Source: Veleropilina oligotropha
Taxonomy: Eukaryota
Assembly (NCBI GenBank): GCA_048128005.1
Contig: JBEUKZ010000060.1
Location: forward strand, 310,001-374,000
Direction of reading: 5' to 3'
Length of the DNA: 64,000 nt
How positions within the stretch are numbered: position 1 is the first letter of the stretch; each line of letters opens with the position of its first letter. The notes below the pieces were generated by a model that saw nothing but the letters and a program-made list of their open reading frames with translations, was not told the origin of the DNA and ran no database searches. A program made the translations under genes and the position numbers. Of the stretch, positions 63,553 to 64,000 are shown one piece after another.

Positions 63553-63754
63553 CCACGCATGATATCAAAGCCAATTAAAGTGTCAATAACTTTATTGCTA
63601 TATAACTTTATTGCGTCACATGACCATGCTCCGGACTCCGATAACACTTCACTGTTATGCCAGCGTGGTGGTATCGGGGTCCGATGCATACCATGAGGAA
63701 TGTGCGCAAGGGGGGGGGGGGGGGGGGTAACCGTCAACTCGCTAAAGTGTACGA

Positions 63755-64000
63755 CATACGGAAAGTGAGCCCACAAGGGGTGTAGTGGGGTGAAAGCAGA
63801 GAGTGCGACGTTCCTGTGCAGGAGAGATGTTCCACTGGTGGAGGATGCAGAGGAGTGGCATGTCTCTGTGGGACAGATTGACGAGTGAGGGGTTGAGAAG
63901 ACGCTGGGGGCGGCGGCGGTTGGTGGCTTTGTGAGGCGGAGCAGACGCAGATAGTCTGGATATGTGGAGCGGAAGGACGATGCCGATTGGGTGCAGGGCT
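63755..64000 (+). mobile_element. Decayed RTE-clade LINE fragment; runs off the window end
   Basis: GMSLWDRLTSEGLRRRWG and VRRSRRR*SGYVERKDDADWVQ resemble the RTE C-terminal RLRWFGHVER motif. Confidence 0.6.

Overview
Eukaryotic (metazoan, probably invertebrate) genomic DNA with an AT-rich background, dominated by transposable elements, many of them nested. One host gene is clear: a five-coding-exon D-glucuronyl C5-epimerase (GLCE) on + at 44716-50334, about 602 aa when spliced. Two related but distinct full-length DIRS1-type tyrosine-recombinase retrotransposons lie at 16816-24193 and 30357-37514. Each has inverted termini, an internal complementary region (ICR), gag, RT-RNaseH-methyltransferase and YR, and carries a few disabling mutations. 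An apparently intact two-exon Sola1 transposon sits inside a Helentron-type element inside a LINE. A young CR1 LINE is interrupted by a 540-bp IS3EU-type foldback element built of 8-bp repeats. The rest includes a long-TIR foldback element with nested hAT and Helitron insertions, remnants of pogo, Harbinger, IS3EU and RTE elements, tRNA-derived SINEs and minisatellites. The most notable observations are about 2 kb of dual coding in the DIRS elements, with gag and the YR frame separated by a single in-frame TAG, and a 35-bp minisatellite that looks like an amplified GLCE splice acceptor. All calls come from reading the sequence by eye; no searches were run.
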